Source: Felis catus
Lineage: Eukaryota
NCBI RefSeq assembly: GCF_018350175.1
Contig: NC_058368.1
Coordinates: 24,306,001-24,370,000, forward strand
Direction of reading: 5' to 3'
Length of the DNA: 64,000 nt
Below, piece after piece: positions 1 through 13,645 of the stretch (its first letter is position 1; each line of letters opens with the position of its first letter). The notes under the pieces are model-generated. The model was not told the DNA's origin, searched no databases, and saw only the letters and a list, made by a program, of their open reading frames with translations. Made by a program: the position numbers and the translations under genes.

Positions 1-99
1 CATCTACTGAGTGTACATTATCTGTGAAGAAATTTCCTGGGTACTGAGGATATAAAAATAATTAAAACAAGATCCCTGCTTTTAAAGCAAATGACCTAA

Positions 100-1815
100 T
101 TGGAAGAGTCTTTGTCAAAAATATTAATTAACAGACATTTTGAGAATTGGTTCAAACTATTTCCTTCTATGTAGTTCAGAAAAAGGCTTGTTTTGACCCT
201 GAGGGTAATTTTCTCAGTAAGTTTCCTGATTGGTTGTCGATGAATATCAACCAAATGACCGAGAGGAGAAATATTACATGAGGTCAAAATTTGTAACTAG
301 TTTAGAAATATACACCTCAACCTGGGCCCAACCTATGACTACCAAAGTTTGGAGCAAAATTTTGGTTCATTTCCATAAAAACTAACTTCTTTATTACTTA
401 CTAACACTGGACTCCATAAAAAAAAAAAGCAATAATATAATGCTATGTAAAAAAGTTTGCTAAAGAGAGAAAGACTAACAGCAGTTAATTCACCTTGACG
501 TCAGTCGAGATTAAATTACATATCCTTACTAAAATAGAAGTTAGGTATGAGATTACAATACTGAAGCATTTCTATTGAATGAAAAATAGTGTTTTGCACT
601 AAGCCATTTGAAAAATATTATGGATTTGAAAACTAAAGAATGTGGGAGATGCCACTGTGTAATTTGGAAATGTATTAAGGCTATCCAATTATGTCCTTGT
701 AGATACATTGAAAGATATGTATTTCAAAGCTAGAATTTATAGTAAGCCACTTGTATCAAGGCTGCATTTGAACTGAACTACTTTAATGATTACACCATAC
801 TAAGTGATAAAACTACAAATGTTAAAAAATCTCTTCTCTACTGTATTTTGCCTTAGTTTGTAACTCTGCACATCTCATTAAATATTAGAGAAAAAATTCC
901 AGATTCTATCCCCATACACTCAATCTTGATCAGAATGAACATAAATACTGCCTGACAGATATCTTTTGACTACATATATATTACAAATGTGTATGTGTTT
1001 TCTTTCCATAAGTATCTATTCAAGTGTATATAGACAACCATGTATCTGCGTACATGTACAGACATGTTCTCATGCACTTTATTCGATATTTATATATTTA
1101 TATGGAGAAAAAGCAAGAAGTCATTAATGAAAACCTTCAATATATACACATGTGTGCATGTTTGTATCCTGTCCATTAAAATGTGAATTCATGTTCTAAT
1201 GTTTCTATGACCTTCCATTGCGGTCAAAGGCAGATTAAAATGTAACAGAAGTATCAGCTCTTTAAATAAACTGGAAATTCACCTGATTTTATGGGAAGAC
1301 TTTAACACAATTCTGTAAGGGTGGTGAAAACAATAGTCCTTATATACAGTTGAGTGATCTTGAATAAAATGGTACCTTTGGGCCCTTTGTTTAGTCTAGG
1401 GACTTTCTGACTACTAAGGATTTCAAAAATACACCCCCAGCCCCAGTGAAACACGGTGCTTGAATGATTTATGGATCTGTGATTAAAGGACTCACTCCTA
1501 GTCAATACTATTAAAATACAGTGACCAACCTTACTCTACTTTAAGTTGAATGGTAGATTCTTCTATATTTAAAGGAAGGAATTAAATGCCATACCTAATT
1601 AGGGGAAACACTCAGTTTAGACATACTTAATCTACTTGGCCACAGCGCCACCTCATGGTCATTTTTTAAAGTGCTACCGTAGCCAAATTGAACTAAGTTA
1701 CTGTACTGCTTTTGGCAAAGGGTGCTTTTCCCATTTGCGCATCTATGAAACATGTTCATAAAGTGTTAAATTATTCTGTGCCATATATAATAAATACGGT
1801 GAAGATTATTTTGTG
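100..1815 (+). other. Probable distal 3' UTR of the upstream gene (HTR2A by synteny), poly(A) signal AATAAA 1789-1794
   Basis: AT-rich, repeat-poor stretch ending in AATAAA followed by a T/GT-rich element (TTATTTTGTGT). Gene identity rests only on recalled mammalian gene order HTR2A->ESD; no coding exon is present in the window. Confidence 0.45.
1643..1660 (-). promoter_or_regulatory. Candidate CTCF site
   Basis: Minus strand GACCATGAGGTGGCGCTG resembles the CTCF core CCASYAGRKGGCRS. Confidence 0.5.
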
Positions 1816-2389
1816 TAATGATTTTAATCAAGGTGATTCTAAAAGATTTCAAGAAAGAAGGAATAATTATCAATAAAGTCTACTCAAAAATCAATGCAAT
1901 TATGTGAGTCCATAGTTTTGTCTGCCAAAGGGAGTGACCCACACCTTTCAGATACTCACACTAGGAACTCCATGTATCATTTAGATATTTTGAGAGAACA
2001 AAGCCTGTTCTTCTGAAGTTCAGTGACTCAACTAGGACTTACCTGCTTATGATTCAGCTTCCAGTTATCTGCAGCAGAGACACTCCACATTTGGTCACTC
2101 TGTCTGGTTGCACACAGCCCAGAAACATAGAGAACTGCTGCTGTAACCCCAACACATGCACACAGGTACTGATGGCCACGTGTGTACAGGCGTACCCCAA
2201 GACATGCACGGGTGCATTCACACAAACAGTACACACGTCTTCACAGGAGATAATTTCAGGAATTAAAGTAAACCAAGACACAGTATCATTGAATAAACTG
2301 GAAAGCTGCCTTGATTTGTCATTTCACCTCTAAATGTTGGAAAAGTTTATGAAATAGGGACAGCAGGTATCTTTTCCAGGTGTTTATAG

Positions 2390-2860
2390 CTCCCTGTATT
2401 GAGTACCTACCACGTGCCAGGCATTAAGCTGTTCGATTTGTTTGCTTCACCTAATGGAATCTTCACAACAATCCTATAAAGTAGGTATTATTATGCCTTA
2501 TTTTTCATAGCTAAAGAAACTGAGATTCAGAACAGTTAGCAATGTGGCCAACGTCCCACAGCTGCCAAAAAAAGAAAAAGTGGCAAGTTCAAGCCTGGCT
2601 CATCTGACTCCGAAAAATAAGTTCTTGTTTCTACCCAATCTGGCAGAGAACAAAGAAAACTGAGTTTAGAACCAAAGGATGCGAGATCCCATCTTGGCTT
2701 GGACAAATCACTTAATAACCCCGTGTCTCAATTTCATTGTCTCTAAAAATGGAGCTACTAGCACCTGTCCTGACTGACAGCATCACTTAAATGAGGTCAT
2801 GACTATAGCTGTGCTTGATACCCTGTAAAGCACTATGTAAATGCAATAACTGTTGTTATT
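2390..2860. mobile_element. MIR fragments
   Basis: Contains 'aatcttcacaacaatcctataaagtaggtattattatgcc...gaaactgagattcaga' and 'gtgtctcaatttcattgtctctaaaaatgg' MIR core motifs. Confidence 0.65.
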
Positions 2861-5451
2861 AAAAAGAAAACAAACCACAGCCATTATATATTATTAGCTA
2901 TCAGAGCAAAAAGTAGACAAATTGTGGGATAGTCAATATTATTATTCAATAGCTTCCACATTCTGTGAATACTCTCATTTTTAATTTTTTTTTTTTTTTT
3001 TACTTCTGCTTTGTCCTCACCATGATACAGAATTCCCTTTGCTGGTACTCTTTCTTCCTGCTCACATCAAAACTTGCCCATTCTATGACCCATTCCATTA
3101 GGTTTCTCCTCTTTGCTGGAGCACCAATAAGTAATTCAGGCTGATAAACTATTGTCTATCACCAAGGTCCCTTTAGCTGTTCACCATGATATTAATCCAA
3201 AAGGTAAAACTTTAGCACCAGGAAGACAAGTGAGAAAGAAATTTAGGGACAAGAAATAGTCTCCTGGTATCACTCAAATGACCCACAGAAAAACAAGCAC
3301 CTTCAGAAACGCCATAATTTATCTAAAGTTTTATAACTTAATATTAAATTTCAATCCATAGTAATAACAGCGATTTGAAAGAAAACATCTGATTTCTAAG
3401 ATTTGATTTTAACTGAGAACACTAATAATATTACTAAGTTTATCTCAAGTTTAATACCCAATGGACATTTGCCCCAGTCGCTATGCAGTAAGACAAAAAT
3501 TTTGTTAAATTTTTATTATTTTAACAGGTGGCTTGCTAAAACAAATGGTTTCCCTATTTTCCCTAGTGGTACATACCCCAGTCTTAGCTCTATTCTTCGT
3601 TTTAGATATTTAACAACAGTATATCCACCTTAGCTAACACATGATGGGCGGTTTTCACCCCCAATTGGAGCCTCAGGATTTGATGTAACCTATTGTCATG
3701 GAAGACTGAGGAAGGAAACCGAGGTTCAGTCTGCTGCTACTTTCTGAACCTGCACAAACAAAGCCTCTCTTCCCTTGAGTGTATACTATGGGACTAGAGT
3801 CACTGATCTTTTCAAAAGTTCTCTTCTAGGTTTATGCTCATCTCAATGCTACGGAGTCCAGTCAAGGCTTTGATGAACCAAGACACAGCTTCATGACCAA
3901 AGAACATTCTGGAACAATACTCACATTCTCTTAAATTCTTTTAGATGAATTGCAAATAAATGACAGTTTTAAGTTTTATATGGGAATATTATGAGAAAAA
4001 TCAAATTTTTAATGATCCAAGGAGTTTCTACGATATGAGACCAAGAGTCAGATTATCAACATAAATGATCCCTAACGTGGCATTTTTCTTACAATCAGCC
4101 TCCCTTCTGCACAGTTTCTAGCTGCTACCAGGTATCAGGTTGCACTTTATAACAGCCCCCGAGCTTCCTGAAGAACGAGTATTCTCACTATTTAAGTTCA
4201 ATTTCCTTAAAGGGTTAAATTTTTAAAGCTCAAAAAGATTTAGATATCATGGAGCAGAGGAGGTCTCTTTTTAACTGCTAGATTTTTATTGAAAGTGAGC
4301 CAAGGTCATTTAAGTTTTTATTTATAATTAAGATTATAACATCTTTAAAGGTGTTTATTCTGGCTTCTGGAGAACAGCACAATCTGTACTTCCTGTCCTA
4401 CATTTATTTCACATATTGAAAGGTAATAATATGCTATTATTCTGATGATCTTGTCTACTTGGGGTGACCCCAAGTACAGAGCCAAGACAAGAACTTGAGT
4501 GCAGATTGTTTAGGTGGAGCATGATCCCAAGAAGCAGATAGAATTTGGGAATAAGTAAAGTCTATTTAAGGGTATGGTACCAAGGATCCACAGACAGTTA
4601 GGGATCAATTCCCCTACCAGGAGATGCCTTGGAACTCTTCACTGCAGATGGAACTAAAATCAAAGGTGGGCCAAAAGCAACCGGTTGAGCTTGCATGAAG
4701 GTTTTACTCAGTTGGTGATTAACCATAGTCTCAAAAATCAATATGCATCCTGAACAGAAAATGCTGTTATTATGGTTAGTAACAATACTTAAACGAACAT
4801 ACATTCATATTGTACAATCACGTCTAAAATTATTACTGAGACCGTCAAACACATTTCTTATAGAATGAAACTCAGTAATTCCTTCCAGCTTTGCTAAGAC
4901 AGTTCTGGTTAGCCATTACCATTCCCACAGGAGCTGCAGAAGACCTAGAAAAGTTCTCTAACATCCAAATACATAAGTGACTAATTCTCTGTATGAGCTC
5001 TACTTATTTAGCCTATGTAATGGTTCTAAACTACTAAAATATAAGGAACAAAAAGGAACATACTCAATAAATTAAAAAGCTAGATAAGCTTAGACATCAT
5101 CTGATCCAGGATTCTCTTTTAGCAGAAATGGTGATAAAGAGCCAGGGAAATAAGAGAAATTATGCAAGGCCACCTGGCCAAGCAGCTGATCAGAGCCAGC
5201 AATAGGATCAGGGCCTCACATCTTCCAATCTCTAGATTTCTCCTTTTATATGAGAAAAGGATCTAAGAAGGGCCCATTGGTCCATGGTTTATATGGCGTA
5301 TTTATTCATATAACCAAAAATATATTTAAATAAGGTTGAGAAACCAGTGCTGCAACACTCTCTCAACATGCTTGTCAGTGAGGGTCTACTATGTTTATGT
5401 TATATCTCAGACATCGTCTAGTGTAGGAAGTCTCAAGATGAAATTACTCCC

Positions 5452-5584
5452 GGGGTGCCTGGATGGCTCAGTCAATTGATCATCTGAATTCAGCTCAGGT
5501 CATGATCTCACAAGTCATGGGTTTGAGCCCCAAGTCCGGCTTCAGCACCTAAGCCTGCTTGGGATTCTCTATCTTCCTCTCTCT
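5452..5584 (+). mobile_element. Can-SINE, 3'-truncated (no A tail)
   Basis: ggggtgcctggatggctcagtc...caggtcatgatctc...gggattctct. Confidence 0.85.
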
Positions 5585-7032
5585 AATTGACACACTTACC
5601 CATGATTCTTCTTGAGAGACTGCATCTGATAGGTGTCCCCAGGGCATGCGACCTCTCTCACGCTGATGTTTCAGTGACTGTAGACCCTAGTGAAAAGCAG
5701 ATTCATGTGGGCCACTGGCAAAAGTGTTAAAAATATTGAAACTGGAAGTTAATTTTAAAGGGGGGAAAAATTAAAACTAGATATAATGTTCAATATCATT
5801 ATCTCCAGGCTCTACTATCAATGTTCTGCATTCTACAACACAGGTTCACAATAGTTTATATAAAGAAGACTATCCAAAAGCTGGGAACTGAGTCAACATA
5901 GACAAGCAAACAGAGAATTTTTTTTTAATAAGAAAAAAAATTAAAAAGAAATAAAACGATGATAAAATTCAAAACTAATTTGCTCAGCATGTACTCATTT
6001 AATAACTTGTCTGATACTCTGAAAATGAGAAATATCTAGAAGTATTTAATTTCTAAAAATGAGATGGTGCGTTTTTTTTCTGAGTTAGCAGGAAATAGGA
6101 AATGTTCGTTATTCATGAGTGATTATGAGTATGACAAATTTAATTCAACTAAACATTTCCAAGACTGAAGAGCAAGAGTGATTTGCATGAAAATGTCATG
6201 CTATTCTCAGCCTTCAGTTCACCAGAGAAATCGTCTTTGATAAATTCATCCCTGTACTTGTCTACAGTAGTATGTGAAGTTCTGACTCACATTTGGTCCT
6301 CCATCTGTCCACCAGATAGACCTAACCAACTTGCACCACTCAAAAGGAATAATTCTTGTCACCCTTAGAATTATAATGGTAATCATGATGCAAATATCAT
6401 GTTATCTCAATTCATGTTAAGCATAATAAATAAAACACTGAAGCTATAGGTGCATTTATATAATCTTCTGGTTTAGGAAATTTGCTTAATACTTTGAATT
6501 TGAAACACAAATTTGAATTTGCCAATGACTTTGAAAGACAAATTATTTCCCCCTTGGAGAAGAATTTTTTTTTATTTGAATTCAATAATAACTTGCATTG
6601 CTAAGGGTTTTGAGTGGTCCTACTTGGTTCTAAGAATTCATGCAAAGTACAGCCAGCTACTTGTAGGTAGATGATAACGTGTATATGAACATAAACTACA
6701 GTGTTTTGCCATCTTTTTGAAATCATGGAATTAAACCCAGAACTATCCAATCTTTCTTCCTTACAGTAGGAAGGAAAGCAGAAGGAAGAATGTAAAAGGA
6801 AGACACTGACATTACTATTTATTGAGCAACTATTTGGTACTAAGGGCTTTCACATATGTAATCACAGTGATACGTATGTCCATCTGTCTATAGTGTATCT
6901 CACTATAACCAGTGAGGAAACTGGGTCTCAAAGGGAAATTGGCCCAGTTTCCCTAAGCTAACGACTACAATCAGAATTCAAGTTCAGAGCTGTATGACTG
7001 TTATGCTTTTACTGTTTCCTCTTTCCACTATG

Positions 7033-7253
7033 CCAAAGATCAGAAAACAGCTTCTACAAACAGCCAAGTAGTATATATCTTAGGTTTTGTGGACCATACG
7101 ATCTGTCAGAACCATGCAGCTCTTCTGCTGTAGTGTGAAAGCAGACAAAGACAATAAGCAAATGAGAGGACATGACTGTCTCCCATTAAAACTGTATTTA
7201 TAAAAATAGGTGGCAGGCCAAATTTGGCTGTTGGGTTGGGCTAGCCACCCTCT
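7033..7253. mobile_element. MER58-like hAT-Charlie DNA transposon relic
   Basis: 'tgctgtagtgtgaaagcag...aaaactgtatttataaaaataggtggcaggccaaatttggc' resembles the MER58A consensus from memory. Confidence 0.65.
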
Positions 7254-10200
7254 GGAATACACCATCCAGCAACAGTAATAATTACAACAAACACAATAAC
7301 TATGACATATTCTACCATCACAACTATTCATTTGGACCCTTACTGAATGCTAAGTATTGTTTGGTCCTTTAATATATCATTTCATTTAATCCTTACAGCA
7401 TCAACACTAAATGCTTGATACTATTATTATCTCCATTCTGCAAATAAGGAAATTCAAGATTAAGGGACTTGACCAAGCTCACACATAGTAAATGGCAGAG
7501 CTGGATTTTTGAATCAACAGTCCATATTCTCAGCCACTTGCTCTATTTCTTCCCTACTCCAGAAATGTAAGAGCAAATCTCCATCATGCCTGCATTATGT
7601 CCAAGATTGTTCTTCCTAAGTTAAATTTAAAAAAAAAAAAAAAAAAGGTGAACAGAACTCTAACCTTGTCGAGGGACAACCCCTCCTAACTTCACTAATC
7701 TATAATGCAGAGTACAGGAGACATTGCTGAATAAACATTTTAACCTGTGAGTATAGTTCATCATTAACATGATTAATGCTTACCTAAAGGATCATTCCGG
7801 ATCTTATAAGACACAATCACCATATATTGATTGCTGTCTCTTCTCTTGGCTTACCTTCATACCCAGAGAACGTATGTCACGTTAAGTTCCTGCCAAAGAA
7901 GGCTAAAATGAACAAACACTATGTCCTTCATGCTAGTAGAATTATGCTTAAAAATACATATCTGCTGTTTCCTTTCTATATCTTGCACTAATGAATAAAA
8001 GAATGAATTTGAACTAATGATAAAAATACTATTTAAAATGAGTGTTAGACATGCTGGTTTGTTGAAAAATGTCCTCAAATTCCTTCAGAGAACATGGAGT
8101 TTATTGTCAGGAGGCACACAAAATGAGTAAGGAGGAATCACAAATGCTAAGTAGACTTCCCAGAAGCCAAAAAGAAAAGCCCAGTTTCATAACAAATCTA
8201 AGATCTGAGGTTACGCAGGCAACAGTTCTTCCACCTTGATTAGAGGGTTTGATCATCCATGGGATCCAGCTACTCCCTCTCAGCCTGTTCCTCTCTGTGC
8301 TTCTTTAACTCCTCCTGCACCTACCAGTTGGCTTCTTTCCAGGTTCTCCTTACTCGTAACACTCTCACTCATGGTCCACCGTAACCTCTCTCTATTTCAT
8401 GGACTTCCATCTTCTACACCTGCCACTAGTTACTTGACCTTTGCTGTACTACCCTGTTCAGATTTCTAAAAGATGGTGATCAAGTTGGTAGTTGGTCCAT
8501 ACTCTCCCTATTTAGGCAGAGATTTTGTTCTGAGCCCCTCTTATGGTCCACTACCATGGTAAGGCCAGATGCCCATCCCAATCCAATCAGCTGTGTGGAC
8601 TGTGCAGAATGTACCCTCCAACTTCCATTGGGTCCCTGGACAGAAGAAGAATTTTCATGTAACAGGTTAAGAAGTGTTCAGTACTGTGTCTAATCAGCAC
8701 CTTATATGAAAAGGTAAAAAATCTATTGACTTACTATTCTGTTAAGGAAAGCCATTTCTTTCAAATAGCACTCCTATTTTTCCCCTTGTAATACAATAAT
8801 TTCCAATTTCCTACCTGTTACCTAGTCTATAAAACAGAACAGTCACATTTTAAAGAATGTTACCAAAAAGCGAGCCAGCCAATTTTCTTTTATGGGGAAA
8901 TCTGCAAAACAGTCATTGCTAAAAAATACAGAAGCTTAAATATGAAACCCAGAAAATACAATGGACAGGAGATGAACCAAACTCAATGACGCTTTTCCAG
9001 CACTCTCCCTAGGAACTGTGATTTGATGACCTCGACAAGTAACATAGTGTACTGTGATTAAAATAGCCATCTTACAATCTAAAGAAAATTAGACAACACA
9101 GAAGAATAAATCTGCCAAGCCTCAGTAGAGGAGGAAATCATTGAGTAGCTGAGTTGGAAACATTTGTGTTATTGACTGGGCTAGCAGAGTCCTCCAACCA
9201 CCTGACCCTGATGTTATGAAGACAAACCTAGGAGAAGAAAGGCAAAGAATGACACAAGTGGCCTGCAGCCCTCAGTACGATGCCCAGCTTATACCCATGA
9301 GCAGAGAGGAGGATGGGTTTAGTTATATGCAAACCAAGACTCTAAGAAGAAATGAGGGAATTAACTACAGGATGTTAATAAAAATAAGCTAATAAAATAT
9401 TTTCCCCTGTAATGCAGCAAGCATTGTTCGAGTTATTCCATATTCCTTGGATTCACAATAACAAGAAGTTACACCAGAGAGCTAGGGGGCTTTATTTTAG
9501 TGAAAATTGCACCAATTCAAAGTTCATGGTAAGGCCATTAGGGGAGGTTGTGTTTTAAACCTAATGGGAAAACACTTGGGAAAATGTTAGAAAGGGCATG
9601 GGTTTAGGAGTTTAATATAGACATTACTTCAGATTCTGCCTCTACTATTTAATGGGGCTATATGAGAAAATGACTTAACCTCTGTGAGACTAATCTGTTA
9701 AATGGGGATGCTACTACCTCATGGTGTTGTAAGAACTAAAGGTAGATTCTCAGACAGCATTTGACCTATTCTAGATGATGACTATTAACGTCACCAGCTA
9801 GAGAGCAAAGACACAACTCTGCTTATTAAGAGCATCTGCCTGCCTATCTCTCACACAAAGGAGGACCAAAATGAAGGCAAAGGGATCTCTAGAGCTACCA
9901 AGTCATAGGCAAAAATTACACCTGAGGTCTGGCAAGCCTCTCAAACCAATCTATCCCTACCCTGCTTTTCCTTTGGTGTTTATATAATAATGTGGGTTAG
10001 CAAGGAAAAAAACAAAACAAACAAAAAGAAAAACAACCCACGATTGTTCGGGGCTTTTTTACCTGTAGGGATTTAAAAGGAATAATTTCATTTGCCTACT
10101 TCCACCCGTCTCTAAAACTCTGTGGGCTCCTTGCCACAAGGGGGTTGGTGAACAGGCCTGTTTCAGACCTACCAAGACTGTGTTCTATCAGAAGCACAGA

Positions 10201-10416
10201 AGACAGAGCTAATGCTTTAAACTGCAGGTGGAGGTGACGGTCTGCACCACAGGTTCCCTGAGTTTCGGAAAAGTGCAGGTTGAGCATTTCTATAAGGGAG
10301 AAAGATTTCTCCTCTACCCCATCCAGGGCCCTGGGACTCAGGAACGCTTCTGTCTGGCTCCCAGTGAATGGCAGAGAACAGAAAAGCAGATGCCTTTGCA
10401 AAAGCACTCCAGGCCT

Positions 10417-10652
10417 GGGGCACCCGGGTGGCTCAGTCAGTTAAGCGTCTGACTTCAGCTCAGGTCATGATCTTGTGGTTTGTGAGCTCGAGCCTTGTGT
10501 TGGGCCCTGTGCTAATAGCTCAGAGCCTGGAGCCTGCTCCAGATTCTGTATCTCCCTCTTTCTCTCCACCCCTCCCATGCTCATGCTCTGTCTCTCTCTA
10601 TTTCTCAATAATAAATAAATGTTAAAAATAAATAATAATAATAATAATAAAA
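10417..10652 (+). mobile_element. Can-SINE with 17-bp TSD
   Basis: TSD aaaagcactccag(g/a)cct at 10400-10416 and 10653-10669. Confidence 0.93.
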
Positions 10653-11864
10653 AAAAGCACTCCAGACCTGATGAAGGCCTGGGCGGTATATGCTTCCCAC
10701 CCTCCCTCCTCAGCACAGCCATAGCCATGAGTGTCTCCAAGTTTCTGGACGATGACCTTTGGATTCTTACAAAGTAAAATAATCGACTCCCTGGCAACAG
10801 TGACCAAACTGGACTGTTCTCCAAACCTGGGGGGCAGGGAGAGGGGAGGGAGAGGAGGGAGGGGAGCTCAGGCCCAGATTTGTTTTTATTTAGAAAACTA
10901 AGTAATTTTTTGTTGTTTTGTTTTGTTGCTCTTGGGGGTCATTATATAGAGTAGCAATAAGAAGGAAGAAGGAAGGAAAGCCCCATTTCCTTTTTCAACT
11001 CTGCCCTTTGATGAGAAGTCTGTTTGTCCGTTGATGATGAGTCTGTGAAGACTATCAGTCCTGACTGTCCACGAGAAGGCCTCATTCCATTCTAGTGAAG
11101 CCATCTCTGGGCAGAAAAATCCTGTTCTAATAAAGGAATTCTTGTACCACTGGCTGACATTTTCTTGGCATTAGCTGTCCAGCCACCTCAGATCTCCAGA
11201 ACAGAGTTACAGAGAGAAATGAGTGAAAAGGACTTGAGGGGCCAAAGTAACCTCCATCAAGGCCATCGACGTAAGTCTGTTCTTTATTCCACAGAAAATG
11301 CCCTCAAACCCCGAAGCAGAGTCAATCTATGTAATAAGCAATATTATGTCCCTCACACCTTCATAAACTTGCGGTTCCTTGTACCTTGGGATTGTGGCAA
11401 GGATCAGAAGATGAGGTGCTCTTGATTACTATTGTCCGGTTGCTGGTTATAAAACAGATTAGGAATTGGAGACTGGGAAATAGGAAGGAAAGGGGATCTA
11501 AAGAACAGCCATGGCTGAGTGGTAGGCAGAAAAACTATAAAGCGGGTAGGAGAAGACAATCACCTGAACACAGTTTCTTTCTGCTACAATTCCCACGTGC
11601 TTCAAAGACCCCCAAAATAACAGCTTTTAGCTTTCAAAACACCCCATGAGTTTGTTTAAAGTGCAGAGTTCAGAGTCTCCCTTTGGAATTCTCTTTGGGG
11701 CCATCTAGGGTTGGGCCCAGAAACCTGAAGTTTTTTAAGAGACCTTGGGTATTTTTGTAAGAGTAAGCCCTTGAATCACTTTTCAGAACGCTGAACTGAA
11801 GGTATGACTGCACCCCAGTTATTCATTCCTTCAAATCATGTTTTTTTAAAATGTACCAGGTCCT

Positions 11865-12079
11865 GGGGCGCCTGGGTGGCTTGGTCGGTTAAGCGTCCGA
11901 CTTCGGCTCGGGTCATGATCTCACGGTCCGTGAGTTCGAGCCCCGCGTCGGGCTCTGTGCTGACAGCTCAGAGCCTGGAGCCTGTTTCAGATTCTGTGTC
12001 TCCCTCTCTCTCTGCTCCTCCCCTGTTCATGCTCTGTCTCTCTCTGTCTCAAAAATAAACAAACGTTAAAAAAAAAAAA
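11865..12079 (+). mobile_element. Young felid Can-SINE with perfect 19-bp TSD
   Basis: TSD ttaaaatgtaccaggtcct at 11846-11864 and 12080-12098; CpGs retained. Confidence 0.95.
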
Positions 12080-12825
12080 TTAAAATGTACCAGGTCCTGA
12101 GCTGGATGCTGGGAATACAGAGATGATGGAGTCATGGCCTCTGCCCTCGGGATGCCCGCAGCCCAGGTGGAGATACAGACAGGTAGATAAAATCTGCAAC
12201 AATGCCATCGATACTCTGCTGGCATATATTTATACATATTCTAAGCACACTGGTGACAAAAAGAGAACAATCAACTCTACCTCGGCAGAGCTGAAAAGCC
12301 TTCCCTGATGAGGAGATGTTTGAATTGCACCATGAACATGTATGAATTCACAAAGCTGACCTAAGGGAAGGGCATTTAAATAACAGATGAGCTCCGAAGC
12401 TGGAAAAGTGAGGACAGTGAGAACTGTTAGGTCTAACCTTGAGAGTGAAGGAGGAAGAGAGAAACAGCAGAGGAGGTACAACTGTACAGGTAGGGGGTCG
12501 GTCAAAGCCAACCCTGAATTGCAAACTTGTCATGTTAGGACTCTCTCCTGTGGGCAGAGGGGAGCCACTGACAGAATTGGTGGAAAAACAACACATAGAT
12601 TTGTACCTCTGATCTTTCGGGTGCCAGTAGGCAGCCCACACTTGAAGGTTAAGGGTGCCGACGGCTTCAACGGTATAAGCCTGAGCTTTATGTAAAGCAA
12701 TAGTAGCAAGGGTGGAGAAGCCCAAAATGTTGAAATGTGCTAGTATAAAGAATAAATTAGAGATGGGAGGACTATAGCATCAAGCTTTCCTGGAACTATT
12801 ATACAACAGGCACTGAGTTTTTTAA

Positions 12826-13187
12826 CTGTAAGTCCCAAATCCATTACCCTCAATTCCAAAGCCAAAAAGCTCTGAAAACTAAAAAAGAATTCCTAATGAC
12901 TGATGCGGTAGCAAAACCTGACCTGATCTAGTCATTTATGACAAAACCAGCCCTGAGCTGATATGATAAATCTTGCATAATGTTTAGTCATTCCCCTTTG
13001 TGTGACTTTATGTTTTGCTGCAGAAATATTAAAGGATCCAATTCCTCGTTGCTATTCTAGCTCCTGCTGGTGATGTTATGGAATGTGTGCTTCAAGTTCC
13101 AGATTCCTTGTCTAAAATCAGGATAATCTGAATTCACAGACACATCTGTCTGGTCCCAAGGATTTTGGATAAAGGGCTGTGGCCCTA
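12826..13187. mobile_element. Old Tigger-like DNA transposon relic
   Basis: Degenerate inverted ends (gtcccaaatccattaccc / ggataaagggctgtggcc); a similar right end recurs near 47500-47540. Confidence 0.4.
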
Positions 13188-13412
13188 TGAAACTAGAGCC
13201 AAGAGCCTGCCCTGACTTAAAACAGCCACAGCATCAAGAGAGTAAAGGAGATCAAGACTTGTACCTGCATGTGATGGAGAGAGACAAATCTCATTTCTGG
13301 CCTGGGTCTAGGACAATAAAAACTCTCATCATCCAGAATGATGAAGAGGGAACCAAGAGATCAAGGAACACTTGAAAGGGGCTCAGGAATACTCCAATTC
13401 GTTATTTATTTT

Positions 13413-13645
13413 GGGGGCGCCTGGGTGGCTCAGTCGGTTGAGTGTCCGGCTCTTGATTTTGGCTCAGGTCATGATCCCAGAGTCATGGGACCAAGCCCCA
13501 CATCAGGCTCTGTGCTGAGCGTGGAATCTGCTTGAGATTCTCTCCCTCTCTCCCTCCCTCCCTCTCTCTCTCTCTCTCTCTCCCCCTCTGCCCCTTTCCC
13601 CCCACTTACACACTCTCTCCCTAAAATAAAAAACAAAAACAAAAT
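13413..13645 (+). mobile_element. Can-SINE
   Basis: tRNA-like head, (CT)n tract, A-rich tail. Confidence 0.9.

Noticed and set aside
11865..11950. tRNA-like A/B boxes (TGGCTTGGTCGG...GTTCGAGCCC)
   Set aside because: These are the tRNA-derived SINE head, followed by the CT tract, A tail and TSD; not a tRNA gene.
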